Shown piece by piece: positions 22,899 through 35,250 of a stretch of DNA of 64,000 nucleotides. Source of the DNA: Nitrosopumilaceae archaeon (GTDB lineage Archaea; Thermoproteota; Nitrososphaeria; Nitrososphaerales; Nitrosopumilaceae); the NCBI GenBank assembly GCA_965207375.1, contig CBDBMG010000003.1, positions 352,001 through 416,000 on the forward strand, written 5' to 3'. A program made the position numbers and the translations under genes. Positions within the stretch are counted from its first letter, which is position 1. Each line of letters starts with the position of its first letter. The notes under the pieces were generated by a model. It searched no databases, was not told where the DNA came from, and saw nothing but the letters and a program-made list of their open reading frames with translations.

Positions 22899-22914
22899 CT
22901 CTAATAGAACAGGG

Positions 22915-23570
22915 AAGCAAGGACAGATTGATTTATATTATACAAACAATATACATACACAAGTATGCTATAAAAAGCAAACAAATTTAAAAAGTGAGTA
23001 GGGATCGATCTTTCACTGCTACAAAAAGTAAGGAAACAAGGATTTTGGCACAAGAGAACACTGGTATGAGATAATTGATAAAAGGTTGATCCCTTGATTG
23101 TAGCTACTATAGTTGGTTCGCGTTCACCGTGCGGTCGCCTTTTCTTTAATAACTTCCGATAGAAACACACCAGGATAAAAAAAATTATATCATCATGAAG
23201 CCCGTCAAATGCCCTACAGCCAAAAGTAGGGATTAAAACTATCTCATGCCAGTGTTCTCTTGTGCCAAAATTACTTTTTGGTACAGTGAAAGATCGATCC
23301 CTACTCACATTTTTTAATTTTAAATTTTAGTACTTATTCACTTGTCCAAAATATTGTTGGTGACTGTTCTGTTAGAGTATATCAACATTTTGAGCCAAAA
23401 GTAGGGATTAAAACTATCTCATGCCAGTGTTCTCTTGTGCCAAAATTACTTTTTGGAACAGTGAAAGATCGATCCCTACTCACTTTTTTTAATTTTAAAT
23501 TTTAGTACTTATTCACTTGTCCAAAGTATTGTTGGTGACTGTTCTGTTAGAGTATATCAACATTTTGGTC
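22915..23570. repeat. Internally deleted 'agtagggat' family copy with about 176-bp tandem duplication of the right arm
   Basis: Inverted arms 22985-23095/23220-23320; 23218-23392 duplicated at 23393-23568. Confidence 0.7.
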
Positions 23571-24144
23571 TTGTATTTATAGACCAAAATACATTACTGA
23601 TTATTATCCAAGAGAAGACTAAATACAGGTAAATTAAATTCCAATACAAATGTCTGGGTAAACTGTTTCACAGTTGTCTTGATTGAGGGGAAAGGAATAG
23701 CTACTTGAATATATTATATTACAAAAAGATAAATAAATTTTTTGATTATGACATAAATTAGAATTGTAATGATGTCACCAAAAGGGTTGGGTGTGATTCC
23801 CATCATTTAACTATAGTATTTTGTTCCGTGGAATAGTGTTCGCACCTCCAAATTGTTCAGTAGGAAAATCATTACATTTGTGTTTATACTTCAGTGCTTG
23901 TGATATCATTACTGTTAACTTTATGACAATGTATGGTAATTATTCATGATAAATCATGATGTGGAAATTTTAAGAATTGTTATACACTAGTGAAATTTCT
24001 AATAGAAAATTTCACAAGTTATGGATGGAGTAGTAGTGGACTAGTGGTTAGGAAAATATGCAACGAGGTGGTTTCAATTTAAGTATCCTTCCTATTGTTA
24101 TGTTGTGACTGCTGGGTGTAAAGTTTTGGTACATTTTATTTTTG

Positions 24145-24178
<34 letters not shown>

Positions 24179-24399
24179 GACCACGTGCAACCTGAGGTGT
24201 GATCTTTCTCATACTTGACTCATAATATCTTTTTAAAGTCAGGCATTACATGAGCACTGGCTTGTGGGTCTTTGACAGACTTCAAAGTAAACATGGAGTA
24301 GAAGTACGTATATATGTATAGACTTTTGGCAATAGTACACAATACATTCAAGGCCTGGACTCACTGTGGAAATATGAAACTATAAAGATCCCATATAAT

Positions 24400-24685
24400 A
24401 CTAGTAAATATAAAAAATTGTTAATTTCAAAAAGGAGAATAGGGATCCTGAAAAAACTACCTAAACAAGGTGAAGATAGTGAGAGTTTGTGATTTTATTT
24501 TATTTGAGATCCCTATTTTGACAATAGCTGAGAGTATGGTCAACTACATATATCATTTCAACAGTCAAAATAGGGATCTCAAATAAAATAAAATCACAAA
24601 CTCTCACTATCTTCACCTTGTTTAGGTAGTTTTTTCAGGATCCCTATTCTCCTTTTTGAAATTAACAATTTTTTATATTTACTAG
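24400..24685. repeat. Perfect about 122-bp inverted repeat with about 40-bp spacer (foldback)
   Basis: 24400-24522 is the reverse complement of 24563-24685. Confidence 0.92.
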
Positions 24686-24849
24686 TTTCTTTAGTTTTTT
24701 CATGTCCATTGCTGGACAGTGACACCTGCATATGAAATGTATGAACAACTATCTTTTACTATTCGCGTAATAAATCTTTCTGACAGCCTCCTTTTTCTTT
24801 TCAGGGTTGCTCTCATAAGCCTCCCTAGCGGCCTCTTTACACGCATTAG

Positions 24850-25210
24850 TGTAACACTATAGGCCAGTCTTGTTTTGTAAGCTTCGCAACCCGCACGGCA
24901 CGCCCACTTTTAAAACTGAAGCGCTCCATCTTGTTAGTAATGTACAGCTGGTTAAACGGCTTTTACCACGTAATGAACAGCAAATACCGCGTAACCTTGC
25001 TCCTCTTTGGCAGTAACTCACGACGCGGTTCGTTACTAAGGCCCCTCCCATCAATAGTATTGATAGCCAGTGCCTTATAAGAAACTGAAAAGCAGGACTT
25101 GTTAAATTGGTTATTCAGGCGTCAATGGCTTTAATAGCCCGAGGGGCGGACACACACATACGCGCGCACACATACCGGCTTCCAGGACAAAAGCACGCGC
25201 AGTGGTTAAA
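24850..25210 (+). repeat. Partial copy of the same family
   Basis: tgtaacactataggccagtctt...taatagccc..ggggcggacacacac shared with 11650-11990. Confidence 0.75.
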
Positions 25211-25992
25211 TACAACAATTAACACAGCACACAATAGCACTTACCTTAGAATGGATAAACCCACTGTGTTATCCTCCACCTTCAACAGTTCTGAACAATA
25301 CTCAGCTGATAACGTGGCGCTTTCTAATTAAAGTGCCTTATCTAGGAAACCTTAGTGTTATATATGACGCGGAAAATAAAGGACTTAGTTATTTTTCTAG
25401 CGATGAAAATAAAGGGTTGAAATCAATAGCTGAAATACGTTGCTCAGTTATAAAATCACTTATTACAGGCAGTATGGCGTCAATAAGATTGGTCACATAA
25501 TGTTGAGGTCGTTTTGGCACATGCACCACGGGCGTTCGTATGGCTTCTCGATCTTTATGGAGGAAGTTTTGGCTCATGTCTTCCAATCCCTTTAGAAAAC
25601 GAACTTTTTAAAATATCACAGACCTGAGTAGGGGCATTTTAAAGATACGCCAACAGTTTTTATTTCTGATTTCGACTTTGTGTGGACTGTAGATGCGCGA
25701 AAGAAGAAGAAAGAAGAAGATGGAGAAATTGGGGTATTTTCAAAAACATGAAAAATATAGATACCATATAGCTAGGCTTTTTATACTTCGGTAATAGTCT
25801 TAGGAGTATTGAAAGAGGATCTGGGCGGTTTTTTCAACAGCATAGGAAGCTTTAAAGATGGTTTTTGGCGTACGTTCTATTAGAGTGTTTACACAATTTT
25901 TCGTTGGATCCCTATTATGAACCACTACCGTGGTTCATGATATCCTTCTAGATGATGACACACATAGAAGTGCAAATTACGAAAATATATGA

Positions 25993-26064
25993 CAGCTGGA
26001 TGTTTACTGCTGTAGCCAGCTGGGTGTTTACTGCTGTAGCCAGCTGGGTGTTTACTGCTATCCC
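25993..26064 (+). repeat. 24-bp tandem repeat x3
   Basis: cagctgggtgtttactgctgtagc. Confidence 0.9.
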
Positions 26065-29000
26065 AGTCTTGGTGTTGCCTGGAAACAGATGTCCTAGTCC
26101 TGCCTTGAACATGTTTATCAAATTGCTGTATAAAGATAGGGAGGACTTTACACATGAACAAATAATAGTACATGTTCTGAGCTATTTTGTAGTTAGTAAT
26201 TGTGCTGTTTTTACACACCAGTGTGTAGTTTGGTCACATAAGTCTGTAAATTTTGTTTGTCTTCACATTACTCACCCATGTTGTTACATAGTTAGCACCA
26301 AGTGTAATTGGTTGATATAGTCCCTCCACATTCCCGTGCATATTGCACACTCATGCATATATATCAACCGATCACAAAATGTGGTAGCTATACAGTAACA
26401 AAGCTATAGTGGAATGTAGCTACGCATAAAATTTTTAGTGTTGGTATGAAGCCTGGAATAAGGCAATATAATAGCACATTGGTAATACATGTGCATGTAG
26501 ATATTTACTGCTATTGCTCTTATGTGTAAGTAAGACTTCTATGTGTTCTTGGCCTGCCCACCACACTTCAATAGGACTGCTAGCTACATAGTCAACTACA
26601 TATGGCTTTGATGACCTCTTAGTATTGCTCCTGAGTACAGGAGAGGCCACAGTGTGTGTGCTTTAGTTGAAGTGTGTGAGGCTGCAGTACACTGATTTAT
26701 TGTAATCTAGAATATCAATTCAAGAGGCTCACTGCTAACCAAGACTAGTTTGTAAACACATAATGTACATATATACAACTACTGAGCTTTGTTTGTTAAT
26801 TGCTATAAGTTTTAGCTGACATGACTATATAATTACGTTCTTCTGATTGATGCTACCACATAAAAATGTGAATGTCGAAGATACAAATAGATACTCTTGA
26901 TGTTGTAAATGTGTGGTAGTGTTCTCTCAATACTGGCTGGGCTAAAAACAGCCCAAGTATTGCTACCTGCATCAAAAACATACACATTAAAGTTAAACAT
27001 GTGACTAAAACACAACATTTCTACATCAGTACCCCAGGTAGCATTTCTAGTCATCCTACTATTATCAATATACTCTTGAACACTATGGACATTAAAGAGT
27101 TCTAAGAAATTAGCATGGCCAGTGCTGTCACGCCCAATTAATAAATTTTCAATAGACAACATGTAGCTTAATATGGCCTCACGTATTTCCATATGCTGAG
27201 CTTCAGTGCCTGTTGTGACATATGACAATGCACGGAAGTAACAATTACCATCTGGCTGAACATTTCTTAAAGAACGGAGGTCAGGTCTGGTTAATACAGT
27301 ATCTGGGCCACCAGGTTGAAATTCAGCTGAACGGACAAATCTTATACCTAACCTAGTACAGGCCTGTCGTTGCCACCTTTCATCAGTTTGGTAATAACGG
27401 TATTCTGGCCATACAGTTCTGTTGGGACCAATGACATTGACTGTGTCTGTGATTATACAATCATCATTGTGTTTGGGTTTTTTAATTGGCTGGTTTACTA
27501 CATTACGTTTTCTTTTTATCCTTTGAGTTGAATAGGTGCTTCCTGTATTCTGGAGTATTGGTTTTTTTTACGTTCTTCCTTTTATATTGTGCAGGCTTGG
27601 CTACTGGATTAGGATATCTAGCTGGTGGGCCATCATAGGGTGGTGACCTTATAACATCAACAGAGTCACACCATTTCAATAGCTGTTTATAGTAAGGGGC
27701 AATCTTAATGGCAGAAGGGGTATAAGTCCACAGTGTAAGATTATGTAATGTACGTACACGACTCAAAGCTACATATGCTTGGCCAGATGCAAAAAAATTT
27801 TGGTTCAATGTTACAATGGCTTTATCTACAGTAAGGCCTTGTACCCTGTGTACTGTTACAGCATAGGCTAGCTGTACTGGGAATTGAGAACGTAGAATAG
27901 AATAAGAAGCACCTTTGATATCAATTTTTGTTTAGTTCTTGGGATAGGATATTTTTCTTTAGGTGACCCAATTTTGCATACCAAAATACAATTGGGTGTC
28001 ATTGCAAGAACTTCACACATTGCTCCATTCACCCACCCCTCAGAAATATGTAAGTTACGTCTTAATACTATGCAACAGCCTTCCTTTAGAATTAGTTTAT
28101 CAGGTAGTCGTATAGTATTTTTGTTAAGCCTTAGCTTGTCAGCTTCTCTAAGGGGTTGTCCATTTGTGTCTGTGTCTATAGCCACATATTCCTGAACTGT
28201 ACCACAAATATAATTCAGACACTCTGCATTGATTTGATCCACTTCTTTACGTCTGGAACAGATAATTACAGTACGACATAAATCTACTGAAGCAATGTCG
28301 ACAGATCTGAGTCTACCCTTCAGTACAGAAGCAACTTCATCATCTACTATACCCTCTCTTATTTTCAATAGTGTGGCACTCAAGGTTGGATCCTTAGCTC
28401 TAACAGGTTCCTTTAGTTGCATAACACTAAAAGAACTTAACCATATTTTTGTGTTAAATATGTCAGTATTTGATACAGGTGGCAGTTGAGCAGGATCACC
28501 AAACAATAATACATGGCGACCACCCCATGGCTTGTATCGATTGTCTTTAGAAGAGAATCTTCGACAAAGATGCTCAATGGTAATAAAAAGGCTACAATCT
28601 ATCATGCTTAGTTCATCAATAATTAATACATCTGTCTTTTTTACAAGGGATGAATCAACAGTGCCATTTTCTAATGAACTTTTGCCATATATATCGATTT
28701 TAAAAAAAATTATGGATCGTGGTCCCTTTTATTAGAGATGCTGCGACACCACTAGGTGCTAGTTTCGTAACCACCAAATTGCATTGTCTCAGGTATTCTA
28801 CCATGGCACCCATCACAAAAGACTTACCACATCCTGCAGCACCAACTAGTGCAACTAGTATCTGAGAGGTATTTTGTTCTACTGAATTTTTTAACCAATC
28901 AAAAGCTCTTTGTTGGGATGCTGTGAATTTATTAGTGTATTCTTCTAATGGTACATGATGAGGAGGGAGTAATGAACCACCATCTTGGTCATCTAATAGC

Positions 29001-29564
29001 TGGTCAGTGACCTCTCTTACTTCTTCCTTGCTTGAGGTGCCTGTGGGTAATGTAGTGAGAAAAGCATCTGCTTTGTCTTCATCTAAAAATTGGTGCTCCA
29101 CATACATTTTAACAATAGACTGTATGTTTTCTAAGCTGAAACCACGATTAACAGCATCCATGAGAGTAGCCATAGCATCATGCTGTTCATCTACCAGGTT
29201 AGCTTCCATAGCTGCTTTTACCCATGATGATGGTGGCTCATTGATAATATTGTTAGTTAAAGTAAGGGGTACTGTGAGCAAATACTTTTGCTCATAGTAT
29301 GACTCCTGGTCATCTATTGTTATAAATCGGTGTCTAGTGATAGCAGCAGTAGCTCTTCTTACCCAGTATGTACCATTACCATCTACTAGCATACTACCTG
29401 GTGGATACCGTTCTAACATGACATACATAGAAGAAGACTGTATTTCATCATTATTGTAGATTTGTAAGAGCTTAGCATGGAGCCAGTGAAGTTTTTCAGG
29501 CCTGTTAGTAGAACTATCAAAAAGACCAGTATCTTTCAGAATATTAGTAGCTTCAGTAATATCA

Positions 29565-29772
29565 TTTTCACTAGGTTCAGGTAGCTCACCCTCACCATTT
29601 TCACTGGGTTCAGGTAGCTCACCCTCACCACTTTCACAAGCTTCAGGTAGCTCACCCTCACCACTTTCACTAGCTTTAGGTAGCTCACCCTCACCACTTA
29701 CACTAGCTTCAGGTAGCTCACCCTCACCACTTTCACTAGCTTCAGGTAGCTCACCCTCACCACTTTCACTAT
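29565..29772 (-). repeat. 30-bp (10-aa) coding tandem repeat, about 6.5 copies, SESGEGELPE
   Basis: Visible in DNA and ORF 28700..31054. Confidence 0.93.
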
Positions 29773-32489
29773 CAGCTTTTAAATCATGGTCCAGACCTAA
29801 GAAAATATTTTTTAAAATAGCTGCTGTATTATCATTTTTAGCAGCAGTGGTTATAACTGTCTGTATGGCAGTGTATAGATGACCTTTAGTTTTTAATTCA
29901 TCACTCAACTTGTTGACTTTGTTGCTGAGATTAATAATGGAAGCCTTTAACTCCTCAAATTCATCAACACCTTTAAAGCCTATTAAGGGTGTTAATCCTT
30001 TTTCTGTGGCCTTCTCACCTTTACATTGTTCACTATAGTTTGATTTACGCCACCATTGAAAGTACATAGGATAAGTTATATCATTTAAGCCACTATTGCG
30101 CAACAAATAAACTTGGTGCTTAGTACTCACATATACATCTTCAGAATCTTGTGGGAGACTTGCTAATTGAACTCTATGTTTAAGGAACTGCCGCTGAGGC
30201 TTCAGCTCTGTAACTAAAAATACAGTACTTCTACTTAGATGAAACTGGTGAAATCCTAATTGAACATCTATTGCCTCACAAGCGCCAATTATTCTAGTAC
30301 GTAAATACTTTTCAGGCTCAGTAGGATTTTGAGAGAGTTTAACATTAAAACTACTTTCTGGCTTTGAAATATATTTAGCAAGATACATTTCAAACCCATG
30401 CCTGGCCACACGTTGTATGTTCATAGATGCTCCCCAAAACAATAAAATCTCTAAATTGTATGGTACAACGAGTTGGTCTTCCTTGCATCTACGAGTATAC
30501 AAAAAACGAATACCATCCTCGTCTAGTTCTTCAGTAAGTTGAGGAACTTTAAAAGGAAAGCCATACTTACATTTTGTAAGTATTTTGCCAGCATAGCCTT
30601 TAAAATATCTTTCTGGGCGGCACTCATGGTGCATTTGATACTTCTGCACCATTCTTCGTGCATATTGAGCTTGCACATTTTCAGTATCATAACTACGGGG
30701 TATTTCGGCTAACACAACATTGTCCGGTGTAGTGCCTGGCACAACCCAAAACAGGATATGCCAGTGCAACCCTCCACGTTTCTGATATTCTTTTTTGACA
30801 GCATAGTCTGTAATGATACCTAAAGGACCTGATTTTTTATCAAGCAAGATGTCCATCATGGCACTAAAACGTTTTTCAGCACCAAGAACAGACTCTAAAG
30901 GATTATGGCCAACTGCCTTTTCATCATTGGGCCTGTACGTTAAATCTTGAAACTCCGAAGGATTTGCACTAGCACCCCATCCTTTCTTAATAGTTGATTG
31001 TATTTGAGGCCAGTTATCATTAGGGGACAAGGTCAAAAAAGTCAGGTATTCCAAGTTGTTCTGTCATGGCAACTAGGTCATAGCTAAAAGACTTCCAATA
31101 CTGCTTAGACCCAGGAATTACACGGGGCACTTCTGTACCATAAGAGGCATAAGGATCAGATGTGATTGCATTAGCTGCAATTACTTTAGCTGCTGTCAAG
31201 CTTTCCTCCAGCTTACTACTTGTCACTACTTTTCTAGCATTATACGATCTTAAACGTATTTTGGTCATATAATCAAACATAAAGAATGGGAAATTAACAT
31301 CATTTGCAAATAGGCCCCTGGAGTCAAGTAGTCTAATTTTGGTAAACTGGGAAAACCCTAATAAACACTTGTAATACCAGCCACCTTGACCATATGGAAA
31401 TAAATGGGGAAAAGCCTTTTCCAATAAGAACTCTTGGCCATATTGTACACTTGTACATTCACGTAACCATTCAATACTGTCCTGCGCTTTATCAACCATG
31501 TGTGCCTGGGGATTCTGGATACCGGCAATATCCAGATTCCCATACAAAGGAGAATACTGGTCAAAATATCGTGAATCAACAGGAAAGGCCATACCTAGGG
31601 CTTCACTTTCAAGTATTTCATCTTGGTTCCCTTTTAAAATGTCAGGATTAACAATATCATTCCGTAAATATCGGTACATTGTTTCAAAACGGGCTAAAAA
31701 TTGTTTATATAGATTATTGTTTTTCTTAAACCAATTCAATGCAACTCTTATACGCTCACATGCATCAGGATATTTGGTAAGCCCCTCCGTTATTTTGTTA
31801 TTTATCATTAGAAAGCCAAACATCCCATAGTAATGCCTGTCTAATTTATGTAATGTATTCACTTCTCCTTGTATGTGCCGCCACTGGTGCTTTTTTGCAT
31901 CTTTTATTGTTGTAGAAAATATGCCACATAAAGCTACTTGGCATTTCTCAGCTTCACTTTTTAAAGATGTTACCTCAGGAGGGTAAACCATATCCCACTT
32001 AGCAGCAGTTAAGTTGTCAGTTTTTCCCACATGGAATGTTAAATTGTATTCTGTTGGATTTTTATAAGAGCTGCATACTGAACATGCATATAATTTACCA
32101 CTTTTATGACGATAGTCAAGATGTCCTTTACCACTGATTACCATGGCACATTGGTAAGCCACTGCTGGTATCATTTCATCCTCTACATCAAGGTTCACTA
32201 ATCGAGTATGAGCATTATCAACCCTTGACCATAAAATGCTACCACAGCAGTAGCACATCCCTATACCTAAAGGTTTAGCATCAAATCTCACCTGTTGTCC
32301 AATTCGTTTTTTAGCTCTAACTAAAAGATCATCATTTAAGGACAAACTATCAGTATTCCATGTTGTAGGCAATTCATACTGTTTCATATACTGAATTAAA
32401 AGGGTCAAATTGTCCTCAATAAACATGTCAGCTTCATCAGTTGAGATGTTGTTACAGTAACTGTCCTCTACTGAGTTACTACTACTATC

Positions 32490-33200
32490 TGGACGACCGG
32501 TTGATGCACTAAATCCTGCATCTCGAGTAGTGCCAACAGGGCGTCCAGTTGGTACATTCATCTCAATGTCAACATCAGATGTGGGGGGTCCGGTTGATGC
32601 ACTAAACCCTGCATCTCGAGTAGTGCCAACAGGGCGTCCAGTTGGTACATTCATCTCAATGTCAACATCAGATGTGGGGGGTCCGGTTGATGCACTAAAC
32701 CCTGCATCTCGAGTAGTGCCAACAGGGCGTCCAGTTGGTACATTCATCTCAATGTCAACATCAGATGTGGGGGGTCCGGTTGATGCACTAAACCCTGCAT
32801 CTCGAGTAGTGCCAACAGGGCGTCCAGTTGGTACATTCATCTCAATGTCAACATCAGATGTGGGGGGTCTGGTTGATGCACTAAACTCTGCATCTCGAGT
32901 AGTGCCAACAGGGCGTCCAGTTGGCACATTCATCTCAATGTCAACATCAGATGTGTGGGGTCCGGTTGATGCACTAAAGCCTGCATCTCGAGTAGTGCCA
33001 ACAGGGCGTCCAGTTGGTACATTCATCTTAATGTCAACATCAGAAGTGGGGGGTCCAGTTGATGCACTAAGGCCTGCATCTCGAGTAGTGCCAACAGTGC
33101 GTCCAGTTGGTACATTCATTTCAATGTCAACATCAGATGTGGGGGGTCCGGTTGATGCACTAAACCCTGCATCTTGAGTTGTACCAATTGGACGTCCAAT
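32490..33200 (-). repeat. 90-bp (30-aa) coding tandem repeat, about 7.7 copies, GRPVGTTRDAGFSASTGPPTSDVDIEMNVPT
   Basis: Visible in DNA and ORF 31020..33629. Confidence 0.95.
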
Positions 33201-34511
33201 TGCCAGCTTTCCATGTTTTCTAAAAAGCTTATAACCACATTCACAAGTTTTTTTCCTGACGTGAACTTGAATATTACAATTGGGACACACTGTATAAAAA
33301 GGTCCAGGATTGACTTCTACATCACCACTGCAAAGTAGTAGCATAGAAACAACATAGATTATGAATACAGGCATATGCAACACAGCAAAATCAAACCAAT
33401 CATTTAATGATGTGTGTAACATGCCTTTTACATGCAACACAGCATCAAACCAGTCATATACTATGTGCAATAAGTTTACATACAACATAGCAATATCAAA
33501 CCAATCATTTACTGCTAACATGCCATTTTCAAATGCATTATTGGTATACTTGTGACCAATGTTACAGTAGCACTTGAATTTCCAGTTAAAAGATCCGATA
33601 ACATTTCTCCATTGTACTATGTCAATCATTTTGTTTCCTTGAAAACTGTAAAAAATATGTATGAGTGTGTTTCTTCATGCAATCTACATAATTACATTAT
33701 TATTGATATTATAAATTATAATTATACAGTGCACATACACCAGTAGCTACACAATTAACACCTTAGCAATCTATTACCACTTGCAGAATTACATAAAACC
33801 ATAGATTATATACGTATATAAATATCTATGAAGCAGTGAGAAATTCCTCGAGAAATTCAAAACGTCTCGCCACTGACAGCTATTGTCTTGGTTAGCCAGA
33901 AAAATTCCCAACCCAACGCGCAAACTGAGGCGCACGCTTGCTGTCTATGCGCCAAAAGCATAATACATTCACACAACTTTGCTAATCAATGACAATACAG
34001 TCATGTCGATCTAAGAAATAATCCTTCGACAAAACCTTCGATGTTTACGAATTACACTACGAGCGCGCAATAAATAGACTAGCACTATACGTACAATACA
34101 ACAACAAAACAACAAAACAACAGGGACAAACAACTAACCTTCAAGAATTTCAAATGTTTACTCGCGTGATCACGCTCGTCAATTGGAGTGACAAAAACAA
34201 ATTTCTGCGGAGTTATCCGAAAAGGCACATGGTCATTTGGAAATGGCGTTTATTAGAATTAACGCTTTTTAAAAGAAAGAGAGTTAAGTAATTTCCTACA
34301 TTTAAAAAGATCGCTGTTGAACAAGGACCCCATTAAAGGTTAGCTTAAGTGTCTAGAGTGCGTAGTTTAGTCGTGGTTTTTAATTACATCATATTTAATT
34401 ACCTAAGACTTAATTACCTAAGACTTAATTACCTAAGACTTATTTACGCCCATTTTTGACGTCACTTTTAACCACAGTTTTTATTATTGTACTTGGTTGT
34501 ATAATTATTTA

Positions 34512-35250
34512 CTAGCAACGATGACCCTAAACCAAGTACAGTCATTTCGGAGCAACCACCCACCGGGTTAATAACTAGACATATTAAAATCACAGCCAGG
34601 ACTACAATCAGCTAGCCAGGTAACTTATATAACAGGGAAATGGGTTGATTGGTTGGTTACTGGCTTCTAATTACTAAGGCAGAATAAGAGGAATAAAAAT
34701 GTACACACCACAAAAATCTACACATTATTAACATAGTTCTAAGCTGTGCAAAGTATACGTAGCTATTAAAACATTTTTATAAAATTAGTTAATACAATCA
34801 AACATACCACTAGTCAGTTAGCTATGGCTTCAATAAATTCATTAGCAAACACCAACCCACTTCGAAATCCATGCCTCGCTGCAACAACAACTGCTATCTT
34901 ATTCACCTGATGTCGCTCGTCAATTGGAACGCGCTCATTAATTGGGTAGTGAGTTACTAAAAATAGATTTGTACGAAGTTATCCTGAGTTATCCGTAATA
35001 TCGCATGGTGAATGTACTAGGCGTTTATTAGAATTTTTATATTGTAAACGAGTAGGAGTTTGGCAAATCGCTACATTTAAAAAGAACGCCATTAAATGAG
35101 GATCCGATTAAAGGTTAGTTTATGTGTCTAAAGTGCGTAGTTTATCCGTGGCTTTTAATTACATCATACTTAATTACCTAAGACTTAAATACCTAATACT
35201 TAATTACCCAATACTTAATTACCTAAGACTTAATTACCTAAGACTTATAT
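34512..35250 (-). mobile_element. Second non-autonomous partner (5'-truncated), head-to-tail with the autonomous copy
   Basis: actagcaacgatgaccctaaaccaagtacagtcatttcgg (34511-34550) is the reverse complement of the 3' end at 11412-11451; 34910-35247 resembles 34170-34441. Confidence 0.75.

Larger units (their letters stand above)
26833..33629 (-). pseudogene. Rep-helicase polyprotein of a Helitron-superfamily (Helentron/Helitron2-type) element with C-terminal OTU domain; four homopolymer frameshifts
   Basis: FPHLFPYG, PGSKQYW..LGIPDFFLTLS, HUH motif EYQKRGGLHWH, Y-motif YLAKYISK; Pif1 motifs [63 protein letters not shown]; OTU PDGNCYFRALS...WGTDVE...HF. Frameshifts near 31037, 28705, 27927, 27565. 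Confidence 0.92.
26800..34504 (-). mobile_element. Autonomous-type proto-Helentron-like transposon (3' terminus not identified)
   Basis: 5' end TTATACAACCAAGTAC at 34504 matches the 5' end of the 10391-11450 element, followed by the 15-bp repeats and the Rep-Hel ORF; left boundary approximate. Confidence 0.75.

Noticed and set aside
25917-25938. Hairpin atgaacca-ctaccg-tggttcat as 3' end of the autonomous Helentron
   Set aside because: Lacks the family's subterminal IR and CTAG terminus.
32530-33177. 215-aa plus-strand ORF
   Set aside because: Antisense shadow of the 90-bp coding repeat.
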